64,000 nt of DNA from an uncultured Acidobacteriaceae bacterium (GTDB taxonomy: Bacteria; Acidobacteriota; Terriglobia; Terriglobales; Acidobacteriaceae): NCBI GenBank assembly GCA_963836875.1, contig CAWIKZ010000004.1, forward strand, positions 48,387 to 112,386. Direction: 5' to 3'. Position numbers and translations under genes: made by a program. The notes beneath the pieces were generated by a model. It worked only from the letters and a program-made list of their open reading frames with translations, was not told the origin of the DNA and ran no database searches. This document shows, piece after piece, positions 1 through 8,391 of this stretch. Each line of letters starts with the position of its first letter. Position 1 is the stretch's first letter.

Positions 1-618
1 ACGGGCAGCGCGTTTGCTGCTGCCAAGCGGAGTCCCGCGCAACGCTCCCATCATGTAATTCTGCACGCTGGCGCCCGCAAGAATGTGAGGACGCACAATA
101 TAAGTGTGACAGTCGCCGAGGCTCTCGGCCCGGTAGCGGACCACCTCGTCGCACTCGCGTTTGTGAATGGCGTAGGGCAGCGTGTGGGCGCGCAGCGGAG
201 CTTCTTCTTTCACCGGCCCTGCGGTCTCCGGACCGTACACCGCGACACTGCTGGGAAAAATGAACTGCCTGATTTGGCCGCCGGTGCGATTGACGACGCT
301 TACGGCTTCCATGACCCGCGCCGTTCCAGCGACATTGATCTGCCACATCCGTTCCAGGTCGAGGACACCGGAGCGTTGAGGATCTAAAACGAACGCCAGA
401 TGAATCACGGACCGCGCACCGGTTTCCCGCAGCAACTCAATGAGTTGCCAGCAAGACGGCTCACGGCCCAGGTCTGCTTGCTCGAACCTCGCCAGACCGG
501 AACTGCCGGGTGGGCGCATGTCCACGCCCACCACGTGAAAATCGGAAAGCAACGGCAGTAACCGGGCGCCCAGATTCCCCGCGATCCCGGTGACCAGGAC
601 AGTTCGTTCCGGCGGCAT
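1..618 (-). CDS. NAD-dependent epimerase/dehydratase family protein (N-terminal part; 3' end runs off the window)
   Basis: Absent from the ORF track because there is no stop in the window. My translation of the minus strand from ATG 618-616 gives MPPERTVLVTGIAGNLGARLLPLLSDFHVVGVDMRPP..., a GxxGxxG Rossmann N-terminus typical of SDR-type epimerases. The start lies 3 nt after the stop of the upstream gene (621). Confidence 0.6.
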   Translation of the reverse strand, partial: MPPERTVLVTGIAGNLGARLLPLLSDFHVVGVDMRPPGSSGLARFEQADLGREPSCWQLIELLRETGARSVIHLAFVLDPQRSGVLDLERMWQINVAGTARVMEAVSVVNRTGGQIRQFIFPSSVAVYGPETAGPVKEEAPLRAHTLPYAIHKRECDEVVRYRAESLGDCHTYIVRPHILAGASVQNYMMGALRGTPLGSSKRAAR

Positions 619-620
619 GA

Positions 621-1775
621 CTATTTTGGAGGCGCCTCCGGTTTCGGCGCCGGAGCCGGTGTCGCAGTGGGATTCGGCGGAGCCGATCCTGAGTTCGGCT
701 TAGCGCCTGCGGCTCCCTTTGGGGTGATAATGGTTTGATGGACGGTCGGCGGCGTCTCCGGCCCAAAGTAAGCATCGTTGAGGACTATGGTCGCCGACTT
801 CTGGATCTGTTCAATCTTGTCGGTGATCATTTGCCGCTGCAAAGTGGACGAGATGGTCGCCTTAACTTCGCTGAGCGGAACTTGGCGAAACGAAGCCACC
901 TTGTAAATGTAGAGCGATCCAGGGTCGGAAAATACCTGGGAAACCTCCGCGGGTTTCAACTCGAGGACCGCTTCATGGGCCTCCGGCAAGGTGCCGGGAC
1001 GGCGCGCGCCAAGATTGATATCCGGCGGGGAATTGGTGAGACCGGCGTGCTCCATCGCTTCTTTTTCCAACTTAGCCGGGTCCTCACCCGCGACCCAGCG
1101 CTCCCTGATTTTGTCCGCGTAAGCTTTTTCCTCGGCATCGCTGGGCTTGGGCTTGTCGCCGCTGGCGGCAGTTCGCGGAACCATGATGCGCTGCAACGTG
1201 GCCTCAATATACTTCTTGGGGTTCTGCTTGTAATAGTCTTCGATCTGCTGATCGGGGATATGCGCGTACTCCTGGACGATGTGCTGGTTCAGGGCGTCGG
1301 TCAGGATTTGATTTCTGACAAACTGAAAAATCTGCACATAGCGAGGATCATTCTCCAGATTCAGCCCGCGAGCGGCGTCGGCAAAGACCAGCATCTTCGC
1401 GTATTGCGAGGCGAAGTTGCGCCTCACTTCAACCGGCATGGGGGGCTTGTCGGGTTGTTGTAGCGCGGTGATCATCTTCTCAAACTGCGCGCGCGTCATG
1501 CCGCTTACGCAACCGTGGGGCGGTGTTCTGGCGCCGGCCTTGGGCTTGCAGACATTTTTCAGAGTGATGACCGCTTCATTCATGGGGACCTTGGTGGCGT
1601 CGGCGTTTGCGGGACCTGCAGGTGCGCCAGTACCGGAAGGCGGCGGCGAGCTTTGCGTCGTCGCCGGGGACGCCGCAGGTGCAGCAGGGGGTTGGTTCGA
1701 ATTCGGCTTCTGGCCATAGGCGGCACAGCTAAGAGCACACGAAAGCGCAACAACCAGGAAAGTAGAGCGTGACAT
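621..1775 (-). CDS. secreted parvulin/PpiC-type peptidyl-prolyl isomerase (SurA/PrsA-like)
   Basis: ORF 621..1835. I prefer the internal ATG at 1775: MSRSTFLVVALSCALSCAAYGQ is a signal peptide and GGAGG lies about 10 nt upstream. There is a Pro/Ala-rich linker, then a chaperone-like region and a parvulin-like C-terminal part (LQRIMVPRT...GTLPEAHEAVLELKPAEVSQVFSDPGSLYIYKV). Confidence 0.6.
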   Translation of the reverse strand: MSRSTFLVVALSCALSCAAYGQKPNSNQPPAAPAASPATTQSSPPPSGTGAPAGPANADATKVPMNEAVITLKNVCKPKAGARTPPHGCVSGMTRAQFEKMITALQQPDKPPMPVEVRRNFASQYAKMLVFADAARGLNLENDPRYVQIFQFVRNQILTDALNQHIVQEYAHIPDQQIEDYYKQNPKKYIEATLQRIMVPRTAASGDKPKPSDAEEKAYADKIRERWVAGEDPAKLEKEAMEHAGLTNSPPDINLGARRPGTLPEAHEAVLELKPAEVSQVFSDPGSLYIYKVASFRQVPLSEVKATISSTLQRQMITDKIEQIQKSATIVLNDAYFGPETPPTVHQTIITPKGAAGAKPNSGSAPPNPTATPAPAPKPEAPPK

Positions 1776-1930
1776 GTAGTGGTGTTCCTCCAGGAATAAA
1801 TGCCGCCCTAAGGCGGAGCAGGTAGATGGATACAAAAATGTATCACATTCAGGCGGACTGCCGTCAGAAGCTAGCTTCAGGCAGGTAGTTCAGAGCTTGC
1901 GGATTTAAGCGGAAGGTGAATAATCGAACT

Positions 1931-3352
1931 ATGGCGGAGTCGGTCGCGACCGCGGGCATGAGGCAGGAGAAGAAAGCGGTCGCCCTCAATTCCATCTATG
2001 CCGCAGTTGCCATCACGCTGCTGAAGGCCATGGTCGGCATGACGACCGGCAGTCTGGGCATCCTCTCCGAGGCGGCGCACTCCGGCCTCGATCTGGTGGC
2101 GGCGGCCATCACCTATTTTTCGGTCCGCGTCTCCGACAAACCCGCCGATGCCGATCACCAGTATGGCCACGGAAAAATCGAAAGCTTCTCCGCTTTTCTC
2201 GAAACCGGCTTGTTGCTGCTGACCTGCGTCTGGATCGTATATGAGGCGGTCAAGCGTCTGTTCTTCCATTTCGTCCACATTGAGCCCAGCATCTGGGCAT
2301 TTGCGGTTATGGGAACGTCGATTGTGGTGGACTACTGGCGTTCCCGCCGCCTGCGGCGCATAGCCGACAAGTATGACAGCCAGGCGCTGCACGCCGACGC
2401 CCTGCACTTCAGCACCGACATCTGGTCCAGCACGGTCGTCATTGTGGGATTGGCCCTGGTGCTGGCGGGACGGCAGTATTCGCAACCTTGGCTGGCACAG
2501 GCCGATTCCATCGCCGCCCTGTGCGTGGCTTGCATTGTGGTGTACGTCAGTTGGCGTCTGGCGCGGCAAACCATTGACGCGTTGCTGGATGCCGCTCCCG
2601 CCGGCGTGCGCAACCGGATCATCGAAGAAGTGTACCGCGTGAACGGCGTGCTGGAAGTGGATCGGGTGCGGATCAGGCGCGGCGGCAGCCACTATTTCGC
2701 CGACGTCTCCGTTGCCATGTCGCGCAATGTGACGTTCCAGAAGTCGGAGCAGGTCTCCAACGAAGTTGCCGCCCGCATCCGCGCCGTTCTGCCCGATGCC
2801 GACGTCGTGGTGAACACGGTTTCGCGGGCCAGCCGGCAGGAGAGCCTCTTCGACCGGATTCGTGCGGTGGCCACGCGCAACAACCTCAACGTGCATGACA
2901 TCAGCGTGCAGGACCTCGGCGGCAGTTTGCATGTGGAGCAGCATGTTGAACTCGACGAAAAGCTCAGCCTCAAGGAGGCACACGATCGCGTCACCCGCCT
3001 GGAAAGCGAGATGAAAGAGGAGGTAGGCGAGATCTCCAGCATTCTGACCCACATCGAGAGCGAACCGGCAACCATTGAAACCAGCGATGGACTGGTGCGC
3101 GCGCCGGGCTTTGAAGACCGGCTACAACAGGTGAGGGAGGGATTTCCTGAAGTCGTGGACATGCACGATCTTGTGTTCAAACGGGTTGGCGGGCGGCTCT
3201 ACCTGTCGCTGCATTGCACCATGAACGACGATCTGCCACTCTCGCGCGTGCACGACATACAGACCACGATGGAAAGCCGATTTCGCCAGGAACTGCCGGA
3301 GTTGTTCCGCGTGCTCATCCATCCCGAGCCGCAGACGGACAACCGACGCTAG
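1931..3352 (+). CDS. cation diffusion facilitator (CDF) family metal efflux transporter with triplicated C-terminal cytoplasmic domain
   Basis: ORF 1916..3352 (GTG); an ATG at 1931 follows GGAAGGTG. The TM core has CDF signatures (SEAAHSGLDLV, HADALHFSTDIWSS). At 478 aa it is about 170 aa longer than typical CDFs because of three ZT_dimer-like repeats. Confidence 0.85.
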   Translation: MAESVATAGMRQEKKAVALNSIYAAVAITLLKAMVGMTTGSLGILSEAAHSGLDLVAAAITYFSVRVSDKPADADHQYGHGKIESFSAFLETGLLLLTCVWIVYEAVKRLFFHFVHIEPSIWAFAVMGTSIVVDYWRSRRLRRIADKYDSQALHADALHFSTDIWSSTVVIVGLALVLAGRQYSQPWLAQADSIAALCVACIVVYVSWRLARQTIDALLDAAPAGVRNRIIEEVYRVNGVLEVDRVRIRRGGSHYFADVSVAMSRNVTFQKSEQVSNEVAARIRAVLPDADVVVNTVSRASRQESLFDRIRAVATRNNLNVHDISVQDLGGSLHVEQHVELDEKLSLKEAHDRVTRLESEMKEEVGEISSILTHIESEPATIETSDGLVRAPGFEDRLQQVREGFPEVVDMHDLVFKRVGGRLYLSLHCTMNDDLPLSRVHDIQTTMESRFRQELPELFRVLIHPEPQTDNRR

Positions 3353-3356
3353 ACGG

Positions 3357-4238
3357 TCACGAAATGTGGGTGGGACCTTCTTCGATGGCGGCATCCTGCT
3401 CATCATGCGCGGCAGTGTTGCCGAGAGGATACGAATACATCTTGCTGGGAACTTCCGTCGGCGAGCGCCGGCGGACGGCAATCATCTCGGCCACGATGGC
3501 AACCGCAATTTCTTCCGGCGTGACCGCGCCGATCTCAAGTCCCACGGGCGCATGCACGTCCTTGAATTTCTCGGCGGAAATCCCTTCTTTTTCCAGTTCC
3601 TTGTAGATGGAGATGGTCTTGCGGCGTGAGCCGATCATGCCGAGATAGCGCGCGCGTGTATTGATGGCCCAGCGCAGCACACGCATGTCGTCGCGGTGTC
3701 CGCGAGTAACGATGACAATGTACGACGATTCGGGCGGATTCAGTTGCGCCGTCGCCAACTCGAAATCACGGGCAATCACCTCGCGCGCGTCGGGGAAGCG
3801 CTCATGGTTGGCGTACGCCTCGCGGTCATCCACCACGACTACGTCGAAGCCGGCAATGGTCGCGACTTTATACAGGTTATAAGCAACGTGGCCGGCGCCA
3901 AAAATGTAGAGCAGCGCAGGCGGAAGCACCGGCTCGATGAAAATCTCCAGTGTGCCGCCACAGACCAGGCCGGTATCGTACTTGGGATTGTTGTTGAGGT
4001 TGAAGGTGAGCGAGCGCGGCTTCTCCTCTTCCATCACCTCGCGCGCGACCTGCCAAACCTCGGCTTCCACGCAGCCGCCGCCGATGGTGCCCACAATGGA
4101 GCCATCGTCGCGCACCAGCATCTTCGCGGTCTGGAACGACGGGATCGAGCCACGAACGTTGGTGATGGTGGCCACCGCGCCGCGGCGGCCCTGGCGGCGA
4201 AGCTCAACGATTTGCTCGTAGATATCCACGGAGATCAA
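3357..4238 (-). CDS. XdhC/CoxI-family molybdoenzyme maturation accessory protein
   Basis: ATITNVRGSIPSFQTAKMLVRDDGSIVGTIGGGCVEAEV (XdhC_CoxI N-domain) plus a Rossmann-like C-domain (LLYIFGAGHVAYNLYKVA...VIVTRGHRDD). Confidence 0.8.
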   Translation of the reverse strand: MISVDIYEQIVELRRQGRRGAVATITNVRGSIPSFQTAKMLVRDDGSIVGTIGGGCVEAEVWQVAREVMEEEKPRSLTFNLNNNPKYDTGLVCGGTLEIFIEPVLPPALLYIFGAGHVAYNLYKVATIAGFDVVVVDDREAYANHERFPDAREVIARDFELATAQLNPPESSYIVIVTRGHRDDMRVLRWAINTRARYLGMIGSRRKTISIYKELEKEGISAEKFKDVHAPVGLEIGAVTPEEIAVAIVAEMIAVRRRSPTEVPSKMYSYPLGNTAAHDEQDAAIEEGPTHIS

Positions 4239-4324
4239 TTATTCCCGTCGGCCAGAGTGAAGTCAAAGCGGTCAATTAGAATGGTGCATGTGTCTCGATT
4301 GTCGAGAAGACTTAGGAGAGCACG

Positions 4325-5347
4325 ATGAAAGCAGTCCGCATTCATGAGTTCGGCGGTCCGGAAGTGCTCAAGTACGAAGAGATTCCTGATCCGGAGTTGC
4401 GCAAAGATCAGGTCCTGGTCCGGGTCCGCGCTTGTGCGCTGAACCACCTCGATATCTGGGTCCGCATGGGCCTGCCGGGCGTGAAGTTTCCGCACATCCT
4501 GGGCAGCGACATCGCGGGCGAGGTTGTCGAGTGCGGCGAGTACATCACCGACGTTAAGCCGGGCACGCGGGTGCTGCTGGCGCCCATGGTTTTCTGCAAT
4601 CACTGCGAGCAGTGCAACAACGGACGGCAAAACTTCTGCCCGCAGTTCAACGTGTTGGGTGCCGGTGTGGACGGAGGGAATTGCGAACTGATCGCCGTGC
4701 CACGGGTGAATGTTATCCCCATCCCCGACTCGCTGGGCTTCGTGGAGGCGGCGAGTGTGCCGCTGGTCTTCCTTACTGCGTGGCACATGCTGGTCGGGCG
4801 CGCTCAGTTGCGGGCTGGGCAGACGGTGCTGGTTTTGGGCGCCGGTTCGGGAGTAGGCTCGGCCGCAATCCAGATTTGCAAGATGCTGTCGGCCGAGGTC
4901 ATCACCACCGCCGGCGATGAGCAGAAGCTGGCAAAAGCCCGTGAACTCGGCGCCGACCACACCATCGATCATTACAAGCAGAGGATCGCCGACGAGGTGA
5001 AGCGCATCACCAATCGCCGCGGCGTGGACATCGTCTTCGAGCACGTTGGCCAAGCCACGTGGAAGGAGAGCGTGAAATCGCTGAAAAACGGGGGGACGCT
5101 CGTGACCTGCGGCGCCACAACGGGCTTCCAGGGCGACCTTGATCTTCGTTTCCTGTTCTCGCGGCAGCTCTCGCTGCTGGGAACGTACATGGGCGCAATG
5201 GGTGAGTTGGAGGAGGTCCTCAAGCATGTTTTCGCGGGCAGGCTGAAGCCGGTGGTGGACCGCACTTTCCCGCTTAGCGAAACTCGCGCAGCGCATGGGT
5301 ACCTGGCCAGGAGCGAACAGTTCGGCAAGGTGGTGGTCACGCCGTAG
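4325..5347 (+). CDS. zinc-type alcohol dehydrogenase / quinone oxidoreductase (MDR superfamily)
   Basis: GroES-like N-domain (ALNHLDIWVRMG...FPHILGSDIAGEVVECG), a structural-zinc Cys cluster (CNHCEQCNNGRQNFC), and NAD(P) fold VLVLGAGSGVGSAAIQI. Confidence 0.85.
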   Translation: MKAVRIHEFGGPEVLKYEEIPDPELRKDQVLVRVRACALNHLDIWVRMGLPGVKFPHILGSDIAGEVVECGEYITDVKPGTRVLLAPMVFCNHCEQCNNGRQNFCPQFNVLGAGVDGGNCELIAVPRVNVIPIPDSLGFVEAASVPLVFLTAWHMLVGRAQLRAGQTVLVLGAGSGVGSAAIQICKMLSAEVITTAGDEQKLAKARELGADHTIDHYKQRIADEVKRITNRRGVDIVFEHVGQATWKESVKSLKNGGTLVTCGATTGFQGDLDLRFLFSRQLSLLGTYMGAMGELEEVLKHVFAGRLKPVVDRTFPLSETRAAHGYLARSEQFGKVVVTP

Positions 5348-5370
5348 CTGGTGCTGAAAGATGATTGCAA

Positions 5371-5432
5371 TGAAAGAAACAGCAAGGTCCCTCCGCTCTG
5401 TCGCCGCGGCGACCTCAGTCGGGATGACAACG
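5371..5432. repeat. REP-like dispersed element, copy A (TGAAAGAAAC..GC-rich palindrome GTCGCCGCGGCGAC..TCGGGATGACAAC)
   Basis: Intergenic, after the ADH stop. It shares head and tail motifs with the copies at 8305-8360 and 31430-31479. Confidence 0.5.
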
Positions 5433-5459
5433 TAAAGAGGCAGGTATAATTAAATCGAA

Positions 5460-6065
5460 ATGACGACCGAGTACCGTCCCCAACACTTCGATAATCCTGA
5501 GCCTGGTACAGAGCGCTTCGACAACCTTGTCGGATCGGACCAGAGCCGCGGCCAGATTCTGCGGGCCACTTTTGGCGAGCAGCAGCACGAAGGCGTCCTG
5601 ATGGCCTCGATGGATGCGGTGGTGAACTGGGTGCGGAAGAACTCGATTTGGCCGATGACCTTCGGCCTGGCCTGCTGCGCCATCGAGATGATGTCGATGG
5701 GCGCCTCGCGTTTCGATATCGCCCGCTTTGGCGCCGAGGTCTTCCGTCCATCGCCGCGGCAGTCGGACCTGATGATCATTGCCGGCCGAGTCTCGCAGAA
5801 GATGGCGCCGGTGATCCGCGAACTATATATGCAGATGCCGGAACCCAAATGGGTCATCTCGATGGGAGCGTGCGCGACCTCGGGAGGCGTCTTCAACAAT
5901 TACGCTCTGGTGCAGGGCGTAAACCAATGGATCCCCGTCGATGTTTACGTGCCCGGCTGCCCTCCGCGGCCGGAGCAATTGATTTACGCCATCATGCTGC
6001 TGCAAGAGAAGATCAAGAACGAGCGCGGCTCGTTCCGGCGAGCGCTCAACCTGGGGCCCGCTTAA
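5460..6065 (+). CDS. nuoB: NADH-quinone oxidoreductase subunit B (NuoB/20-kDa, N2 Fe-S subunit) homolog, solitary
   Basis: [15 protein letters not shown]...[68 protein letters not shown]. All four cluster-N2 Cys motifs are present. About 45 aa of N-terminal extension; no other nuo genes are adjacent. Confidence 0.85.
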   Translation: MTTEYRPQHFDNPEPGTERFDNLVGSDQSRGQILRATFGEQQHEGVLMASMDAVVNWVRKNSIWPMTFGLACCAIEMMSMGASRFDIARFGAEVFRPSPRQSDLMIIAGRVSQKMAPVIRELYMQMPEPKWVISMGACATSGGVFNNYALVQGVNQWIPVDVYVPGCPPRPEQLIYAIMLLQEKIKNERGSFRRALNLGPA

Positions 6066-6189
6066 GTCGGCGATAGATTTCCGGCTGTCAAGCGCGGCCC
6101 CTGTGACCCACCTCACAGACCCCTGCCCACCATTCCCCTATCGTTATGAGTTATACCCTCACTTACTACGACTGAGAGGCACTCATACT

Positions 6190-7734
6190 ATGTCTACCGC
6201 CCCTGTCTCTGCGACTTCCCGCGTCCTGAACCCCACACTGGCCACTCGCATCATGAGCGCTGAAGAAGCTGCCGCCCTCATCCACTCGGGCGACCAGATT
6301 GGCATGAGCGGATTCACCGGTTCCGGCTATCCCAAGGCCGTGCCCATGGCGCTGGCACGCCGCATCTCCGATGCCAACCTGCGCGGACAGAAGTTCCAGG
6401 TCAGCATCTTCACCGGCGCCTCCACTGGGCCAGAGCTCGACGGCGCACTCGCCATGGCGGGCGGCATTCACCTGCGGCTGCCGTACCAATCCGATCCCGA
6501 GACGCGCAAGCGCATCAACGCCGGCGAGATGGAGTATATGGACATCCACCTCAGCCACGTGGCGCAGTTCGTGGAATACGGCTTCCTCGGCAAGCTTGAT
6601 CTTGCGCTGATCGAAGTCACCGCGGTGCTCGAGGACGGCCGCCTGGTGCCGAGTTCCTCGCTCGGCAACAACAAGACGTGGATCGAGCAGGCCGAGCACG
6701 TGATTATCGAGGTCAACTCGTGGCAGCCTGCGGCGCTGGAAGGCATGCACGACATCTACTACGGCCTGAAGCCGCCGCCTAACCGGGGACCGATTCCCTT
6801 GACGCATACCGGACAGCGCATCGGCAGCCCCTACCTCGAGGTGCCACCGGAGAAGGTTGTCGCGGTTGTGCTCACCGACTCACCCGACCGCAACAGCGCC
6901 TTCAAGGCACCCGATGACGCTTCGCGCCGCATCGCCGGACACATTCTCGAATTCCTGAGCTGGGAGGTGCAGAAAGGCCGCATGCCCGAGACGCTGCTGC
7001 CGTTGCAATCGGGCGTCGGCAACATCGCCAATGCGGTGCTCTTCGGCCTCGAAGAGGGCCCGTTTGAAGGACTCACCTCGTACACCGAAGTCATCCAGGA
7101 CGGCATGATTCGACTGCTGAAGTCGGGCAAGCTGACGGCGGCGTCGGCCACTGCGTTCTCGCTCAGCCCGGAGATGATGACCGAGGTCAACGCCGACATG
7201 GCCAGCTATCGCAAGCAAATCGTGCTGCGCCCGCAGGAAATCTCCAACAACCCTGAGATCATCCGCCGGCTGGGCGTGATCGCCATGAACGGCATGATCG
7301 AGGCCGACATGTACGGCAACGTGAACTCGACTCACGTGATGGGATCGCGCATTCAGAATGGCATTGGCGGCAGCGGTGATTTCGCCCGCAACGGATATCT
7401 GTCTATCTTCATGGCGCCATCGACGGCGCAGAAGGGGACCATCTCGACGATCGTGCCCATGGCCTCGCACGTGGACCACACCGAGCACGATGTCCAGGTG
7501 GTTGTGACCGAACAAGGCCTCGCCGACCTGCGCGGCCTCTCACCACGACAGCGCGCGCACCTCATCATCGAGAAGTGCGCCTCGCCCGACTACAAGCCGC
7601 TGCTGCTGGATTATCTTGGCCGGGCCGAGCGCCTGTCGTACGGACGCCACACTCCGCACCTGCTGAGTGAAGCCCTGGGCTGGCACAATCGATATTTGCG
7701 CAGCGGGCGGATGAAGCCGCAGGGGGAAGACTAG
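6190..7734 (+). CDS. acetyl-CoA hydrolase/transferase family protein (succinyl-CoA:acetate CoA-transferase-like)
   Basis: ORF 6103..7734; ATG at 6190 (MSTAPVS...). IMSAEEAAALIHSGDQIGMSGFTGSGYPKAVP, LQSGVGNIANAV, MNGMIEADMYGNVNSTHVMGSRIQNGIGGSGDF are characteristic of the AarC/Cat1-type CoA-transferases. Confidence 0.85.
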   Translation: MSTAPVSATSRVLNPTLATRIMSAEEAAALIHSGDQIGMSGFTGSGYPKAVPMALARRISDANLRGQKFQVSIFTGASTGPELDGALAMAGGIHLRLPYQSDPETRKRINAGEMEYMDIHLSHVAQFVEYGFLGKLDLALIEVTAVLEDGRLVPSSSLGNNKTWIEQAEHVIIEVNSWQPAALEGMHDIYYGLKPPPNRGPIPLTHTGQRIGSPYLEVPPEKVVAVVLTDSPDRNSAFKAPDDASRRIAGHILEFLSWEVQKGRMPETLLPLQSGVGNIANAVLFGLEEGPFEGLTSYTEVIQDGMIRLLKSGKLTAASATAFSLSPEMMTEVNADMASYRKQIVLRPQEISNNPEIIRRLGVIAMNGMIEADMYGNVNSTHVMGSRIQNGIGGSGDFARNGYLSIFMAPSTAQKGTISTIVPMASHVDHTEHDVQVVVTEQGLADLRGLSPRQRAHLIIEKCASPDYKPLLLDYLGRAERLSYGRHTPHLLSEALGWHNRYLRSGRMKPQGED

Positions 7735-7767
7735 CCAGCAGCCAGGAATCAATCGCGTGGCCTCCCT

Positions 7768-8121
7768 TCAGGAGGCCCGCAGATCCCGGCGCACGAGGGT
7801 TGAATCGAGGAAGAAGCCGAGGCCGACCGCGAACGGAATTACGCCGAAAGCCGCAGCGACCCAAGCGTCGGGTTCGGCGCGTGCGATCAGCGCAAATGCG
7901 ACCGTGTAGCCGATCGACGCACTAACCAGCAAGATGCCTGCCCGGCGAGAACGAGCAGCCTGAGAAAGCTCGGGCTCCATGGGAACGCTGAGCCCGCGTG
8001 CCAGCGCGGCCACGCGTTCTTCGGTGCGCAGCTTGCGCACCCGGTAATAGGTGTACATCCCCGCGATGGGAATCCCGAAGATCATAATTACTGCCACCAA
8101 GCCGATGATGTCTCCATCCAT
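7768..8121 (-). CDS. small integral membrane protein, unknown function
   Basis: ORF 7768..8241; likely start is ATG 8121 (MDGDIIGLVAVIMIFGIPIAGMYTYYRVRKLRTEER...). Three predicted TM helices. Confidence 0.45.
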   Translation of the reverse strand: MDGDIIGLVAVIMIFGIPIAGMYTYYRVRKLRTEERVAALARGLSVPMEPELSQAARSRRAGILLVSASIGYTVAFALIARAEPDAWVAAAFGVIPFAVGLGFFLDSTLVRRDLRAS

Positions 8122-8304
8122 ACCGTGCCTCGTTTCTTGTCGCGCTGCCCGCGCATGCTGGAAATCGCTTACAGTTTGAGATACGGGGAGCGTCGAAGAA
8201 AGTTCCGCAGTTTTAAGGCAGGGTTTCAGAGTGCCTGGCATGCGTCGCTTTTATAGGTAATGGGATGGGCTCGCGGAGATGGTGATCTCTTACGGAAGCG
8301 AGGG

Positions 8305-8360
8305 GCGAAAAGCAGGCCCCTCCGCTCGCCCTCTGCGGCGGGCCCGGTCAGGATGACCAA
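8305..8360. repeat. REP-like dispersed element, copy B (..AGCAGGCCCCTCCGCTCGCC..GCGGCGGGC..GTCAGGATGACCAAC)
   Basis: Aligns by eye with copy A (AGCA.GG.CC.TCCGCTC ... GCGGCG ... GTC.GGATGAC.AAC). Intergenic, just downstream of the EF-G gene. Confidence 0.45.
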
Positions 8361-8391
8361 CTGGCAACTGACAACTGACGACTGACAACTA
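8357..8391. repeat. tandem heptamer repeat, 5 units (CCAACTG GCAACTG ACAACTG ACGACTG ACAACTA)
   Basis: Read directly from the sequence. The last unit contains the EF-G stop codon (cta = TAG on the minus strand, 8389-8391). Confidence 0.8.

Noticed and set aside
85-387. Plus-strand ORFs of 100 aa and 65 aa at the left edge of the window.
   Set aside because: The minus strand here encodes an uninterrupted epimerase-like protein with a Rossmann motif that runs off the window. The plus-strand ORFs have no features.
1877-3052. A 391-aa ORF antisense to the CDF transporter. Similar long antisense ORFs occur at 4235..5296, 16844..17977, 25198..26169, 30921..31964, 33971..35200, 37535..38587, 38600..39625, 55800..56681, 56736..57887 and 59393..60571.
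   Set aside because: These are typical high-GC 'shadow' ORFs. Their translations are Arg/Gly/His/Ala-rich and low-complexity, with no recognisable motifs. In every case the opposite strand encodes a protein with clear family signatures.
8225-8245. Sigma-54-like TGGCAT...GC element upstream of the small membrane-protein gene.
   Set aside because: The GG/GC spacing does not fit TGGCAC-N5-TTGC, and no enhancer-binding protein gene is nearby.
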